64,000 bases of DNA from an uncultured bacterium (lineage in GTDB: Bacteria > Oederibacteriota > JAAXVQ01 > JAUVAV01): NCBI GenBank assembly GCA_963710755.1, contig CAVQBK010000003.1, positions 1,312,001-1,376,000 of the forward strand. The letters are read 5' to 3'. This document shows positions 29,450-39,864 of the stretch, one piece after another. Within the stretch, counting starts at the first letter, position 1. Every line of letters begins with the position of its first letter. A program made the translations under genes and the position numbers. The notes beneath the pieces were generated by a model that worked only from the letters and a program-made list of their open reading frames with translations, was not told the DNA's origin and did no database searches.

Positions 29450-30778
29450 ATGACCAGTAAAACCATCAAGCCCATCACGACCTTTAAAGCGGAACTGAAT
29501 CTGCCCGGTGACAAGTCCATCTCCCACCGGGCGGCCATTCTGGGTATGCTGGCCCAGGGGGAGACCAGGGTTACCAATTTTTTAACAGCCGAGGATTGCC
29601 TCAATACCCTTAAGGTTTGCACTCAGCTGGGGGCTGTGGTCGAACGGGAAGGAAACACGGTGATTATTCACGGTTGCGGCCTGGATGGGTTACAATCGCC
29701 GTCAGCAGTGCTGGACTGCGGCAATTCCGGTACCGCGGTGAGACTGCTCTCGGGCGTACTGGCCGGACAATCGTTCACGTCCACCATCACCGGAGATGAG
29801 CAGATTCAACGGCGGCCCATGAAACGTATCATCGAACCTTTAACGCGCATGGGCGCGCGTATTACCAGTGCGTCCGGCGGGCTCTGTCCTTTGACCATTA
29901 GCGGCGGAAAATTAAAGCCAATTGACTATATTTCGACTGTGGCCAGTGCTCAGGTCAAATCTTGTGTGCTGCTGGCCGGGCTCTTCTGCACTAAACCAGT
30001 ATCCGTCACAGAGCCAACCTTGTCGCGCGACCATAGTGAGCGCATGCTTAATTATTTTGGCGCCAAAATTCACACGGCCACTGTGCCAGCCGAGCCCATC
30101 AAACCCTTTGCCTCTTCTTTGCCGGTTAAGGTGACTTTACAGGCGCGCGGCCCGCTGACCGGCAAACCGGTGGAGGTGCCCTCCGATATTTCGTCAGCTG
30201 CTTTTATAATGATAGCCGCCGCCCTCTTGCCGGGCGCAACGCTGCGGGTGAATAACATTGGCATTAACTCCACCCGTACGGGGTTGCTGGATGTGCTGCG
30301 CATGATGGGGGCATCGGTCACCAAAGAAAATACGCGTCATCAAGCCGGCGAGCGGGTGGCTGATCTCGTGGTGACCGGCCAAGGCCGGCTAAAAGGCACG
30401 GCCATTTACGGTGCCATTATTCCCCGCTTGATCGACGAACTGCCCATCATTGCCGTGGCTGCGGCCATGGCCGAGGGCGAGACACAAATATCTGATGCTG
30501 CCGAGTTGCGGGTCAAAGAAACGGACCGCATCAGCCGGGTGGTCAACGAACTAAGGGCCATCGGTGTCACGGTGGAGGAAAAACCGGACGGTATGATTAT
30601 TACCGGAGGAGCCATAAAAGGCGGTCACGCCAACAGCCATGGTGATCACCGTTTGGCCATGAGCTTGGCCATTGCCGGTTTGGTTTCCCAGGAAGGCGTG
30701 ACCATTGAAAATACAGACTGTGTTAACACATCCTTTCCGGGATTTTGGGAGATCGTGGAGGGCCTTGGCCATGACTAA
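29450..30778 (+). CDS. aroA: EPSP synthase
   Basis: PGDKSISHR, DCGNSGT, SAQVKS, ELRVKETDR, DHRLAM. Confidence 0.97.
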   Translation: MTSKTIKPITTFKAELNLPGDKSISHRAAILGMLAQGETRVTNFLTAEDCLNTLKVCTQLGAVVEREGNTVIIHGCGLDGLQSPSAVLDCGNSGTAVRLLSGVLAGQSFTSTITGDEQIQRRPMKRIIEPLTRMGARITSASGGLCPLTISGGKLKPIDYISTVASAQVKSCVLLAGLFCTKPVSVTEPTLSRDHSERMLNYFGAKIHTATVPAEPIKPFASSLPVKVTLQARGPLTGKPVEVPSDISSAAFIMIAAALLPGATLRVNNIGINSTRTGLLDVLRMMGASVTKENTRHQAGERVADLVVTGQGRLKGTAIYGAIIPRLIDELPIIAVAAAMAEGETQISDAAELRVKETDRISRVVNELRAIGVTVEEKPDGMIITGGAIKGGHANSHGDHRLAMSLAIAGLVSQEGVTIENTDCVNTSFPGFWEIVEGLGHD

Positions 30779-31454
30779 ACGTAATCAACCCATCGTGGCT
30801 ATAGACGGTCCGGCCGGTGCCGGTAAAAGCACCATCTCCAAACTGGTGGCCCAGCGTCTGGGATTTGTGTACATAGACACAGGGGCCATGTACCGCACGG
30901 TCACCCTCAAAGCCATGCGTCAAGGTATTGATCTGAGTGATCAGCAGGCCGTGGAAGCGGTGGCCAGAACCATCAATATGGCTTTTGTGCCGGGCGCCAT
31001 CGGCGAGGTGATGCTTGACGGGGTCAGTGTAGGGGAAGACATACGCACGCCTGAAGTCACCCGCAATGTCTCCGCCTATGTGGCCAGTTACAGCGGGGTA
31101 AGAAAAGAGATGGTTCGCCTGCAACAGGCGATGGGCCAAAACGGAGGCGTGGTCATGGAAGGCCGCGATATTACCACCGTGGTGTTTCCCGACGCTGAGA
31201 TTAAAATCTACCTCGATGCCTCCCAGGAAGAACGGGCCCGGAGGCGATACCGGGAATTGGAAGCCAAAGGCCAGCCGCAGCCTTTCGAGGAATTGTTGCA
31301 CGACCTGAAAAAAAGAGATTTAGAGGATCTTAACCGTCCCGGCGGAGCATTAACGCAGGTGGAGGATGCCGAGCTGGTTGACACCACTGGTCTTAACCTT
31401 GATCAGGTGGTGGCTAAGATCGAAGACGTAGTGGCACGGCGATTACTGCAGTAG
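30771..31454 (+). CDS. cmk: Cytidylate kinase
   Basis: AIDGPAGAGKST, DTGAMYR, MEGRDI. Confidence 0.96.
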   Translation: MTKRNQPIVAIDGPAGAGKSTISKLVAQRLGFVYIDTGAMYRTVTLKAMRQGIDLSDQQAVEAVARTINMAFVPGAIGEVMLDGVSVGEDIRTPEVTRNVSAYVASYSGVRKEMVRLQQAMGQNGGVVMEGRDITTVVFPDAEIKIYLDASQEERARRRYRELEAKGQPQPFEELLHDLKKRDLEDLNRPGGALTQVEDAELVDTTGLNLDQVVAKIEDVVARRLLQ

Positions 31455-31469
31455 GGAATAAGTCAAGTC

Positions 31470-32336
31470 ATGGATGAAAAAGAATTTCCAATGAAAGTGA
31501 TTGTGGCCAGCCACGCCGGACATTGTTTCGGTGTCAAGACAGCCATCCAAAAAGCCTTTAAAACCGCGCAGGAAGCCAAGCAACCGGTGTATACCTTGGG
31601 ACCGATTATCCATAATCCGCAGGTGGTGGCACGGCTGGAAAAAGAACAGGTTAGTGCGGTTAAAAACTTGAGTGAGATTGATGAGGGTGTTATAATCATC
31701 CGTTCTCATGGGGTTGCCCCGCAGGTAATTCAAGAGGCAGAAGCCAAGGGTCTGACCGTAGTGGATGCCACCTGTCCTTTTGTGCGGCGTGCCCATGAAC
31801 TGGCCCAAGCGTTGATTGCCGAGGGTTATCAGTTGGTTATTTTGGGGGATCGTCACCATCCTGAAGTGAAAGGTATCTTGGGAGCGGTCAACCATCAGGC
31901 CGTGGTTGTGACCGGAGAGAATGACGTTTTGCCATTGCCCCGCCATAATCAGTATGGGTTGATCGCGCAAACCACGCAGAATTTGAGTAATTTGCAGCAA
32001 GTGGTCTGTGTTTTACTGACCAAGACCTCCAACTTGAAGGTCTGTAATACCATCTGCAATGCCACCCGTGATTTGCAAACCGAGACTAAAACCTTGGCGG
32101 AAAAAGTGGATGTCATGCTGGTGGTGGGCGGCAAGAACAGCGCCAATACCACACAATTGGCCGCTATTTGCCGGGCCATTGGCAAACCGACTTATCATAT
32201 TGAAACAGCTCAGGAGATCAGCCGAGAGTGGTTGGCTCCGCATATCAGCATTGGCGTTACTGCCGGGACTTCAACCCCGGACTGGATTATAGACAGCATT
32301 CTGGAGCGGTTACGTTCCTGGGGTGCCACCATTTAA
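31470..32336 (+). CDS. ispH: 4-hydroxy-3-methylbut-2-enyl diphosphate reductase
   Basis: CFGV, IIHNP, SHG, DATCPFV, HPEV, TICNAT, SANT. Confidence 0.95.
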   Translation: MDEKEFPMKVIVASHAGHCFGVKTAIQKAFKTAQEAKQPVYTLGPIIHNPQVVARLEKEQVSAVKNLSEIDEGVIIIRSHGVAPQVIQEAEAKGLTVVDATCPFVRRAHELAQALIAEGYQLVILGDRHHPEVKGILGAVNHQAVVVTGENDVLPLPRHNQYGLIAQTTQNLSNLQQVVCVLLTKTSNLKVCNTICNATRDLQTETKTLAEKVDVMLVVGGKNSANTTQLAAICRAIGKPTYHIETAQEISREWLAPHISIGVTAGTSTPDWIIDSILERLRSWGATI

Positions 32337-32440
32337 ATTCCCTGCAGCAAACCGCAGGGGAATTGAAAAGGCGATGAACCTTATTGTTTTATGTTCCAGT
32401 TATTCCGTGGGCTTGACCCGGGGATGAACGGAGACGTATT
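32336..32440. repeat. REP-like palindromic element, copy 1
   Basis: Hairpin AATTCCCTGC...GCAGGGGAATT and motif CCCGGGGATGAA, both shared with 35253-35340. Confidence 0.55.
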
Positions 32441-32472
32441 AAATCATGAAGTGTACGATGGAGGCTTTTAGC

Positions 32473-34572
32473 ATGGAAGACAAAGATAAGAACACCCAAA
32501 ACGAGCAAGCACAGCAACAATCGGGAACTGAATCAGGCGCCTCAATAAGTCAAGGCACCCCGTTGAAGGATACCGAAGAAACACCATTATATTTAGCCAA
32601 GGAAACCCCTGAACCTATTATGGGCATAGGACCAGGAACCCCTTTGAATGATCCTGAAGAAGACAAACCGGTTGCACCGGAAGCGCCGGTGACCACCCCT
32701 GCGCCGGTGCAAACAACGGACCAGCAAGAAGAAGTGACTACCAGCCCGGTATCCGTGCCGGCCAAGGACAACCAGGAAGAACCGGAGATGACTCCGGTGA
32801 AACAGTCGGAACCTATTGCCCAGGCCCCGGCTGCGGCTGAACCGCCGCAGGAAGACAGCCATCAGGAAGAAGAAAGTATGGAGGAAACTGATTTTGCGGC
32901 CGAGTTGGAACAATCTTTCAACAATCAACCGGAAACAGGTGAAATTGTACAGGGCACGATTATCCGCATTGACGAAGAAAGTGTCATTGTGGATGTGGGC
33001 TATAAATCAGAAGGCATGATTTCCAAAGAAGAATTCCTGAACGCCCAGGGCGAGTTTGTAAACAAAGTGGGCGATGTGGTGGATGTACTGCTGGAAAAAA
33101 AAGAAAACCGTGATGGGTTGCTGGTTCTTTCCAAGCGGAAAGTTGACCGGCGCCTGGGCTGGAACAAAGCCAAAGTGGCCCTGGCCAACGGCAGCAATGT
33201 GGACGGTCTTATCTTTGAACGCTGCAAAGGCGGGTTTATGGTGGATTTAGGCGGGGTCTCGGCCTTTCTGCCCGGCTCACAAGTGGATGTAAAACAAAAC
33301 GGTCAGCCTGAAGCTTACCTGGGTAAGCGCTATGCCTTCAAAGTCATTAAAATGAACCGTCAGCGTGGCAATATCGTGGTGTCACGGCGCAATTTACTTT
33401 TAGAAGAACAGGACAAAAAACGCTCTGAAGTTATGGCTAAATTGGCGCCCGGACGCCTGGTGCATGGGGTGGTTAAAAATATCACCAATTATGGCGCTTT
33501 TGTGGATATCGGCGGGGTGGACGCCTTATTGCACGTCAATGATATGTCCTGGGCCAAGGTTACCAACCCCCGTTCCATTGTGAATGTCGGTGATGAATTG
33601 GAAGTATTGATCCTGTCCATGGACCAGGAAAGCGGACGCATTGCCCTGGGGCTGAAACAAAAAGGCGAGGATCCATGGAAAGAAGTGGAAAAGAAATATC
33701 CTGTGGACAGTATCATTGAAGGCCAGGTGGTGACCCTCACGGACTTCGGGGCCTTTTTAAGAGTTGAAGAAGGACTGGAAGGCCTGTTGCCCATCTCGGA
33801 GATGTCCTGGTCCAAACGCATTCGCCATCCCAAGGATGTGGTTAAAGTAGGGGACAGTGTACGGGTTAAAGTATTGGCTGTTAACGGATCAGCTAAAAAA
33901 ATTACGTTGGGGTTGAAACAAACCGAACCGGAACCTTTTTCGGTTTATACGGATCACGTTAAAATTGGCGATGTGGTCAGCGGGGAAGTGAAATCCCTGC
34001 CTGATTTCGGGGCTTTTGTGGAACTGGCCGAAGGGGTAACAGGCCTGATCCATATCTCCGATTTATCCTGGGACAACCGGATTAAGAAAAGTTCCGAGGT
34101 CTTGAAGTCCGGGGACCAGGTGCAGGTGAAAATTCTCGACATTCAAACGGAAAAAAAGAAAATAGCCCTTGGGTTAAAGCAGCTCGGTGACGATCCTTGG
34201 GATAGCATTGCCCAGAGCTATCCGGTGGGCAAAGCCGTGACCGGCACGGTAGTGCGCAATACCAAATTCGGGGTGTTTGTGCAATTGGAGCCGGGGGTGG
34301 AGGGATTGATCCATATTTCCCAGCTGGAAAAGGAAAAAGGCAAGAGCGAGCCGACCATGCCGGCCGTAGGGGAAGAAATTAAGTCCAAAGTGACCAAGGT
34401 TAACAAAGCTGAGCATAAAATCGGCTTATCGGTCAGGGATTTAATTCAGGATCAGGAAAAGGCGGAGATGGAAAAATACCTGTCGCCCAACAGCAAGCCC
34501 ACATTCAGCCTGGGTGAAAGTCTGGGCGAAAAAATGCAGGAGCTCTTGAAAAAGGTTAACAGCAATCAATAA
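32473..34572 (+). CDS. rpsA: 30S ribosomal protein S1 with acidic/Pro-rich N-terminal extension
   Basis: Six S1 repeats (VDVGYKSEG, FLPGSQ, YGAFVD, FGAF...); follows cmk-ispH. Confidence 0.95.
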   Translation: MEDKDKNTQNEQAQQQSGTESGASISQGTPLKDTEETPLYLAKETPEPIMGIGPGTPLNDPEEDKPVAPEAPVTTPAPVQTTDQQEEVTTSPVSVPAKDNQEEPEMTPVKQSEPIAQAPAAAEPPQEDSHQEEESMEETDFAAELEQSFNNQPETGEIVQGTIIRIDEESVIVDVGYKSEGMISKEEFLNAQGEFVNKVGDVVDVLLEKKENRDGLLVLSKRKVDRRLGWNKAKVALANGSNVDGLIFERCKGGFMVDLGGVSAFLPGSQVDVKQNGQPEAYLGKRYAFKVIKMNRQRGNIVVSRRNLLLEEQDKKRSEVMAKLAPGRLVHGVVKNITNYGAFVDIGGVDALLHVNDMSWAKVTNPRSIVNVGDELEVLILSMDQESGRIALGLKQKGEDPWKEVEKKYPVDSIIEGQVVTLTDFGAFLRVEEGLEGLLPISEMSWSKRIRHPKDVVKVGDSVRVKVLAVNGSAKKITLGLKQTEPEPFSVYTDHVKIGDVVSGEVKSLPDFGAFVELAEGVTGLIHISDLSWDNRIKKSSEVLKSGDQVQVKILDIQTEKKKIALGLKQLGDDPWDSIAQSYPVGKAVTGTVVRNTKFGVFVQLEPGVEGLIHISQLEKEKGKSEPTMPAVGEEIKSKVTKVNKAEHKIGLSVRDLIQDQEKAEMEKYLSPNSKPTFSLGESLGEKMQELLKKVNSNQ

Positions 34573-34592
34573 TTATTTATTGGGGGCAAGCC

Positions 34593-35252
34593 ATGTCTAC
34601 GGTGCATGAGATATTCGAACGCTATGGAAAAACCTACCCTGCAGGAGCCCTTATTTTCAAGGAAGGTGATATTGGAGCTGAAATGTATATCATTCAGTCG
34701 GGCCAGATCAAGATCACCAAAAAAACGTCCAACGAGGAAAAGACCCTGGTCATTCTTTCAGAAGGTGACTTTTTCGGAGAAATGGCGGTCATTGACCGCG
34801 AACCGCGCAGTGCCTCGGCTGTGGCCATCACTGAAACCAAGTGCATTGTCCTTAATCAGGAAGTCTTTGAATCCACCATGCAGAGTAACATCCATATTGT
34901 CAAAAAGATCCTGCGCAATATGAGCGCGCGTATTCGCGACGCCAACAAACAAATCGAAAATCTGCTGCTTAAAGATCATAACCGCCGCATCGCCAACACC
35001 CTCACCATGCTGGCGCGCAAGCACGGCAACAACACTGAACGGGGCATTGTTATGGACTTTCCCCTGACAGCCATGGAATTGGCCAATGCCGCCGGTCTGG
35101 CCGGCGATCTGCCCAAGGTACAGGACATCGTTTCCAAATTGGAAAAGGCCAAGGTGATCCGTCTGGAAAACGGTGCTATTGTGATTACTTCCCTGGAAAA
35201 TCTGGAAAAATTTATTCAGTATCTGGAGATGAAGGAAGAATTCGGCGTTTAG
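34593..35252 (+). CDS. Crp/Fnr family cyclic-nucleotide-binding regulator
   Basis: IFKEGD, GDFFGEMA, PRSASA. Confidence 0.9.
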   Translation: MSTVHEIFERYGKTYPAGALIFKEGDIGAEMYIIQSGQIKITKKTSNEEKTLVILSEGDFFGEMAVIDREPRSASAVAITETKCIVLNQEVFESTMQSNIHIVKKILRNMSARIRDANKQIENLLLKDHNRRIANTLTMLARKHGNNTERGIVMDFPLTAMELANAAGLAGDLPKVQDIVSKLEKAKVIRLENGAIVITSLENLEKFIQYLEMKEEFGV

Positions 35253-35340
35253 TACGTTACGGAATTTCCCGAGCTCGTCCCGGGGATGAATGGGAAACAA
35301 AAAATAAAATTTTATGCGACAAGCTGCAGGGGAATTAAAA
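35253..35340. repeat. REP-like palindromic element, copy 2
   Basis: CCCGGGGATGAA (35279-35290) and GCAGGGGAATT (35326-35336). Confidence 0.55.
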
Positions 35341-35360
35341 AAAACCATTAGGACAACGTT

Positions 35361-36131
35361 ATGAATATAACCGTATTGGGGGCTTCCGGAGGGGAAGCAC
35401 CTGGCATGTCCCTGACTGGGTTTAAAATCGGCTACGACCTTCTGCTCGATGCCGGCACCATCGGTCACCGGCTTTCTCTGGAAGAGCAGCTCGCCATCAA
35501 GCATATCTTGATCACTCACGCCCATCTTGATCACATTCACGCCCTGCCTTTTTTATTGGACAATCTGATCGGACGAGTGAGTGAGCCGGTCAAGGTATAT
35601 AGTTGCCCTGAAATTATTGAAACCATCAAGAGCAGCATCTTTAATAATAAAATCTGGCCTGATTTTACGATGCTGCCCACGCCGGAAAATCCAGTGCTGC
35701 GTTTTTGCCCCATCAGCCCCGGTCAGCCGTTTACCGCGGGTGCCTGCACAGTGGAAGCGGTTGAGGTTAATCATTCCTTTAAAGCCCTGGCTTATCTGGT
35801 GGGAGAAAAAGGCCACACCGTGGTGTTTACCGGTGATACAGGTCCGGTGGACACATTATGGGAACGAGTTCAAACCGTGGAAGGGCTAAAGGCTGTATTC
35901 ATGGAATGCTCTTTTCCGGCGGCGCAGCAAGCCATGGCCACCATGACCAAGCATCTATGCGTTGCCGATATTGTGCCCGAACTTCAAAAAGCCAAACTCG
36001 ATCCCCTTGTGCCGATCTATCTCTATCATTTAAAACCAACCTATGCGGAAGCTATCAGGTCGGAAGCAACTGCCTTGCAGAGTCACCCCATTAGGATGCT
36101 ATCAGCAGGCGAGACCATAGAGCTGGAATAA
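35361..36131 (+). CDS. Class II cyclic-nucleotide phosphodiesterase (MBL fold)
   Basis: LDAGT, THAHLDHI, FNNKIWPDF, FTGDTG, ECSFP, YHLKP. Confidence 0.88.
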   Translation: MNITVLGASGGEAPGMSLTGFKIGYDLLLDAGTIGHRLSLEEQLAIKHILITHAHLDHIHALPFLLDNLIGRVSEPVKVYSCPEIIETIKSSIFNNKIWPDFTMLPTPENPVLRFCPISPGQPFTAGACTVEAVEVNHSFKALAYLVGEKGHTVVFTGDTGPVDTLWERVQTVEGLKAVFMECSFPAAQQAMATMTKHLCVADIVPELQKAKLDPLVPIYLYHLKPTYAEAIRSEATALQSHPIRMLSAGETIELE

Positions 36132-36183
36132 GCTCCGTACCCCTTAGGCAGAGGGTTTAACCACCAAATCAAAGGAGGCAACA

Positions 36184-36801
36184 ATGAAAAAAGCGGCAGT
36201 AATGATGATGGTATTAACCATGGCCCTGGCAGTGGCAGGATGTGGGGAAAAACAAGACCCCAATGTCCGCCGGGGCGATTTGTTTTTGCAAAATAAAAAG
36301 TTCGCCGCGGCGATCAAGGCCTATGAAACGGCGGTTAAAAACAATCCGGCGCTCATGCAGGATGATGCATTTAAGATGCATTTCAAGGATGCCTATTACT
36401 TCAAAGGCGGACAGATCGAATTGAGCGCGGACAATGACCCCGATATCCTGGCGGCAGCCTACAAATATTATGTCAAAGGTTTTGACGTCTGGCCCAAGGA
36501 AGTGGGCATGTGCGACAAACTGACCAAGTATTACTGGGAGAACAAGGATTTTGCCACTGCGGCCAAGTATCTGCAGCATATGGTGGAATTGGACGGCAAT
36601 CTGCCTGATACGGACAAAAACAAATGGGGCAATCTCCATAATGACTATTATTCCCTGGGGTATGCGTTGTATCAGAATGGCAATTACACAGAAGCCAAGG
36701 CAGCCTTGGAGCAATGCCTGAAGGCCGTCAAAAAAGGGCCTAAAACCGCTGAGGCGAATAGCGCCCTGGCAGCGGTAAATCAGAAGTTAAAAAAACGTTA
36801 G
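36184..36801 (+). CDS. TPR-containing lipoprotein
   Basis: Lipobox VAGC after a hydrophobic signal; TPR-like helices. Confidence 0.8.
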   Translation: MKKAAVMMMVLTMALAVAGCGEKQDPNVRRGDLFLQNKKFAAAIKAYETAVKNNPALMQDDAFKMHFKDAYYFKGGQIELSADNDPDILAAAYKYYVKGFDVWPKEVGMCDKLTKYYWENKDFATAAKYLQHMVELDGNLPDTDKNKWGNLHNDYYSLGYALYQNGNYTEAKAALEQCLKAVKKGPKTAEANSALAAVNQKLKKR

Positions 36802-36813
36802 GATTAATGGTTC

Positions 36814-38037
36814 TTGATCACCCACGATGAGCACCTTATTTTTACGGTTACAGAAGCAGTGCTTCAGGCCAAGGACCTTCTGGAAGAGACCTTTGCCCGC
36901 GTATGGATTCAGGGCGAAATCTCCAATCTCAAGCGCCATAGCTCCGGTCATTGGTATTTCACCTTAAAGGATGAAGCCAGCCAGCTGCGCTGTGCTATGT
37001 TCCGCGGGGCCAACCGGTTGCTCCGTTTTTCAGTTGAAGACGGCCTGAAGATTAATGCTTTGGGCCGTCTTTCTTTATATCCCGCGCGCGGTGATTTTCA
37101 GATGGTGGTCGACACCATGGAGCCTGCCGGCTTGGGCGCTCTGCAGCTGGCGTTGGAACAACTCAAGCAGCGGTTGGCCAAAGAAGGACTCTTCGACAGT
37201 CAGCGGAAAAAGCCTCTCCCGCGCTTTCCCCGGCGTATTGCCGTGGTCACTTCAGCCACAGGTGCAGCTATTCATGATATTCTTAATGTGATCGGCCGGC
37301 GTTCGCCGCTGACGGCCGTGGATATTTATCCAGTGCCGGTCCAGGGGCCAACCGCAGCGCCGGCCATTGCCCGTGCCTTGACGCGGCTGAATGCCGAGAA
37401 GGCTTGGGACGTCATTATTTGCGGCCGGGGCGGCGGATCGCAGGAAGACTTATGGGCCTTTAATGAAGAGGTGGTAGTGCGGGCTATTGCCGCCTCTGCC
37501 ATCCCGGTGATTTCCGCTGTGGGGCATGAAATTGACTACACTCTGGCTGATTTGACAGCCGATGTTCGTGCTGAAACCCCAACGGCCGCCGCGGAAATGG
37601 TGGTGGCCGACCGCAGGGCCGTGATGGACAATCTCCAGCAGCAGCGTGCCACCCTGAAGTCTATCATGCGTGAGCGTTTAACTCAGGCCCGTTTTCAGTT
37701 GGACCGTTTGGCCCGCGCCAGTGTGCTGCAACAACCGCGGCGGGTGTTGGAACCTTTGGTGCAACGTGTGGATGACTTGGTTCAAGCCCTGCAGCGCCAA
37801 CTGCAGGCCCGGCTGATGCACAACCAACAGCTCCTGCGGTCTTTGGTTGCTCAATTGAACGCGCTCTCGCCCCTGCAGGTCATGGCCAGAGGCTATGCGC
37901 TGGTCTACCGGCAGGCGGACATGATCTTGGTTAAAAACAGCGGGCAACTGCAACCGGGCGATGAACTTTCCATTAAACTGGCCAGTGGGAACATTAGAGC
38001 CAAAACCCTTTCTTTGGACTCGGACCGGGAACCATAA
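36814..38037 (+). CDS. xseA: Exodeoxyribonuclease VII large subunit
   Basis: GEISN, SGHWYFTLKD, RGGGSQEDLWAFN, SAVGHEID, TPTAAAE. Confidence 0.96.
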   Translation: MITHDEHLIFTVTEAVLQAKDLLEETFARVWIQGEISNLKRHSSGHWYFTLKDEASQLRCAMFRGANRLLRFSVEDGLKINALGRLSLYPARGDFQMVVDTMEPAGLGALQLALEQLKQRLAKEGLFDSQRKKPLPRFPRRIAVVTSATGAAIHDILNVIGRRSPLTAVDIYPVPVQGPTAAPAIARALTRLNAEKAWDVIICGRGGGSQEDLWAFNEEVVVRAIAASAIPVISAVGHEIDYTLADLTADVRAETPTAAAEMVVADRRAVMDNLQQQRATLKSIMRERLTQARFQLDRLARASVLQQPRRVLEPLVQRVDDLVQALQRQLQARLMHNQQLLRSLVAQLNALSPLQVMARGYALVYRQADMILVKNSGQLQPGDELSIKLASGNIRAKTLSLDSDREP

Positions 38038-38186
38038 AAAACTGGACAGGCCCCCCTGGTTTTGCTACTTTTATAAGCTGATTTCAGCACACCCGGGACG
38101 AGCTCAGAGTCTGTACTCCAGGTTCACCCTTACCCATCCATGGCTTATATGTTTTGGCCCCGGCTATTACTCACAGGAGTTCCTCC

Positions 38187-39743
38187 ATGACCAACAAACA
38201 AGAAAAACCAGTGATGCTTATGATTCTCGATGGCTGGGGCTTGGGTCCCAAGAATGATCATAATGCAGTGCATAAAGCCCACACGCCCAATCTGAACCAC
38301 CTCATGCAGCACTATCCCCATACCGTCATCCACGCGGCCAGCGAGGCGGTGGGCTTGCCGCCTCATACCATGGGCAACTCGGAAGTGGGGCATATCAATA
38401 TCGGGGCCGGCCGGACGGTTTATCAAAGCTTGATGCGCGTTAACGTGGCTATAAAAGACGGGTCTTTTTTCAAAAACGAGGTGTTGCTCAAGGCCATAGC
38501 TCAGGTCAAAGCGCATCAGTCCAACCTTCATTTGATGGGCCTGGTCTCGGAAGGGCCGGTACACAGCCATTTTGATCACTTGCTGGCCTTGCTGAAAATG
38601 GCCAAAGATAACGGCATTACCAAGGTTTTTGTCCATGCCTTTATGGATGGCCGTGATACGCCGCCTGACAGCGGCCAAGGGTTTATGCAACGCCTGGTGG
38701 ACTTTATGCAGCAAGAAGGCGTAGGACAGGTGGCCACCATTGTCGGTCGTTACTGGGCCATGGACCGTGATAAAAATTATGACCGTGTGCAACGCGCCTA
38801 TGAAGCCATGGTGGAAGGCCGGGGCGTGCAAGAACGCGATCCCGTAGAAGCCATTGCCAGGAGTTATGCCCAGGGCCCGGATCATTTTGATGAATTTATC
38901 GAGCCCATGGTGATGGTGGACGAGCAGCAGCACCCGGTAGGGCTGATCAAGGATAATGATGCCGTGATATTCTTCAATTTTCGGCCGGACCGGGCCAAAG
39001 AGATGACCTATGCCTTTACCCAGGAAGCATTTGAAGGTTTTTCGAGAAAAAACCGGCCCAGCACGCTCTTCGTCAAGATGACCCAATATGCCCAAGACTT
39101 GACGGAGAATGTGGTTTTTGGACCCACCCGCCTGGAAAAAACCCTGGGCGAGGTCTTGGCTGATCATGAGCTTCCTCAGCTGCGGATTGCGGAGACGGAA
39201 AAATATGCCCATGTGACCCATTTTTTCAATGGTGCCACTGATGAGATCTTCCCTCTGGAAGAGCGCCAATTAATTCCCTCGCCCAAGGAGGTGGAAGGCA
39301 AGTATGAGCGCAAACCGGAAATGTCGGCCTTCACCATCACCGACACTTTGCTGCCGCTTTTAGCGGAAGACCGGTTTAAAGTGATTGTTCTTAATTTTGC
39401 CAATTGCGATATGGTTGGCCATACGGGCGTTATGGAAGCAGCGGTTAAAGCTATGGAAGCGGTGGATACTAATGTAGGCCGTATCGTCAAGAGCGTGCTC
39501 GACAAAAACGGAACCGTGATCATCACTGCTGACCATGGCAATGCCGAAGAGATGATGAATGATGAAGGCAAAGCCGTGACGCAGCACTCCACCAATGATG
39601 TGCCCTTGATCCTGGTAAGCAATGAGGCCCATGATTGGAAGCTGATGGAAGGATCCTTGGGAGACATCGCGCCTACCATCCTGCATCTGCTGCATATTTC
39701 CAAACCGCCACAAATGACCGGTCACTCCCTGATCGTGGAATGA
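38187..39743 (+). CDS. gpmI: 2,3-BPG-independent phosphoglycerate mutase
   Basis: ILDGWG, MGNSEVGH, DGRDT, GRYWAMDRD, AETEKYAHVT, TADHGNAE. Confidence 0.97.
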   Translation: MTNKQEKPVMLMILDGWGLGPKNDHNAVHKAHTPNLNHLMQHYPHTVIHAASEAVGLPPHTMGNSEVGHINIGAGRTVYQSLMRVNVAIKDGSFFKNEVLLKAIAQVKAHQSNLHLMGLVSEGPVHSHFDHLLALLKMAKDNGITKVFVHAFMDGRDTPPDSGQGFMQRLVDFMQQEGVGQVATIVGRYWAMDRDKNYDRVQRAYEAMVEGRGVQERDPVEAIARSYAQGPDHFDEFIEPMVMVDEQQHPVGLIKDNDAVIFFNFRPDRAKEMTYAFTQEAFEGFSRKNRPSTLFVKMTQYAQDLTENVVFGPTRLEKTLGEVLADHELPQLRIAETEKYAHVTHFFNGATDEIFPLEERQLIPSPKEVEGKYERKPEMSAFTITDTLLPLLAEDRFKVIVLNFANCDMVGHTGVMEAAVKAMEAVDTNVGRIVKSVLDKNGTVIITADHGNAEEMMNDEGKAVTQHSTNDVPLILVSNEAHDWKLMEGSLGDIAPTILHLLHISKPPQMTGHSLIVE

Positions 39744-39864
39744 GGCTGAGAACAGTCCGGTTTGTGAGCATGGCTGATGCCGGAGAAGGATTGATTAGTC
39801 TTTAAATCTGGGATTTGTCCCAACCCCGGGCTATGGTAAACTATTCAAAAAATGGAGATGCGTC

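Noticed and set aside
38040-38186. Possible ncRNA between xseA and gpmI
   Set aside because: No convincing structure or conserved motif found by eye.
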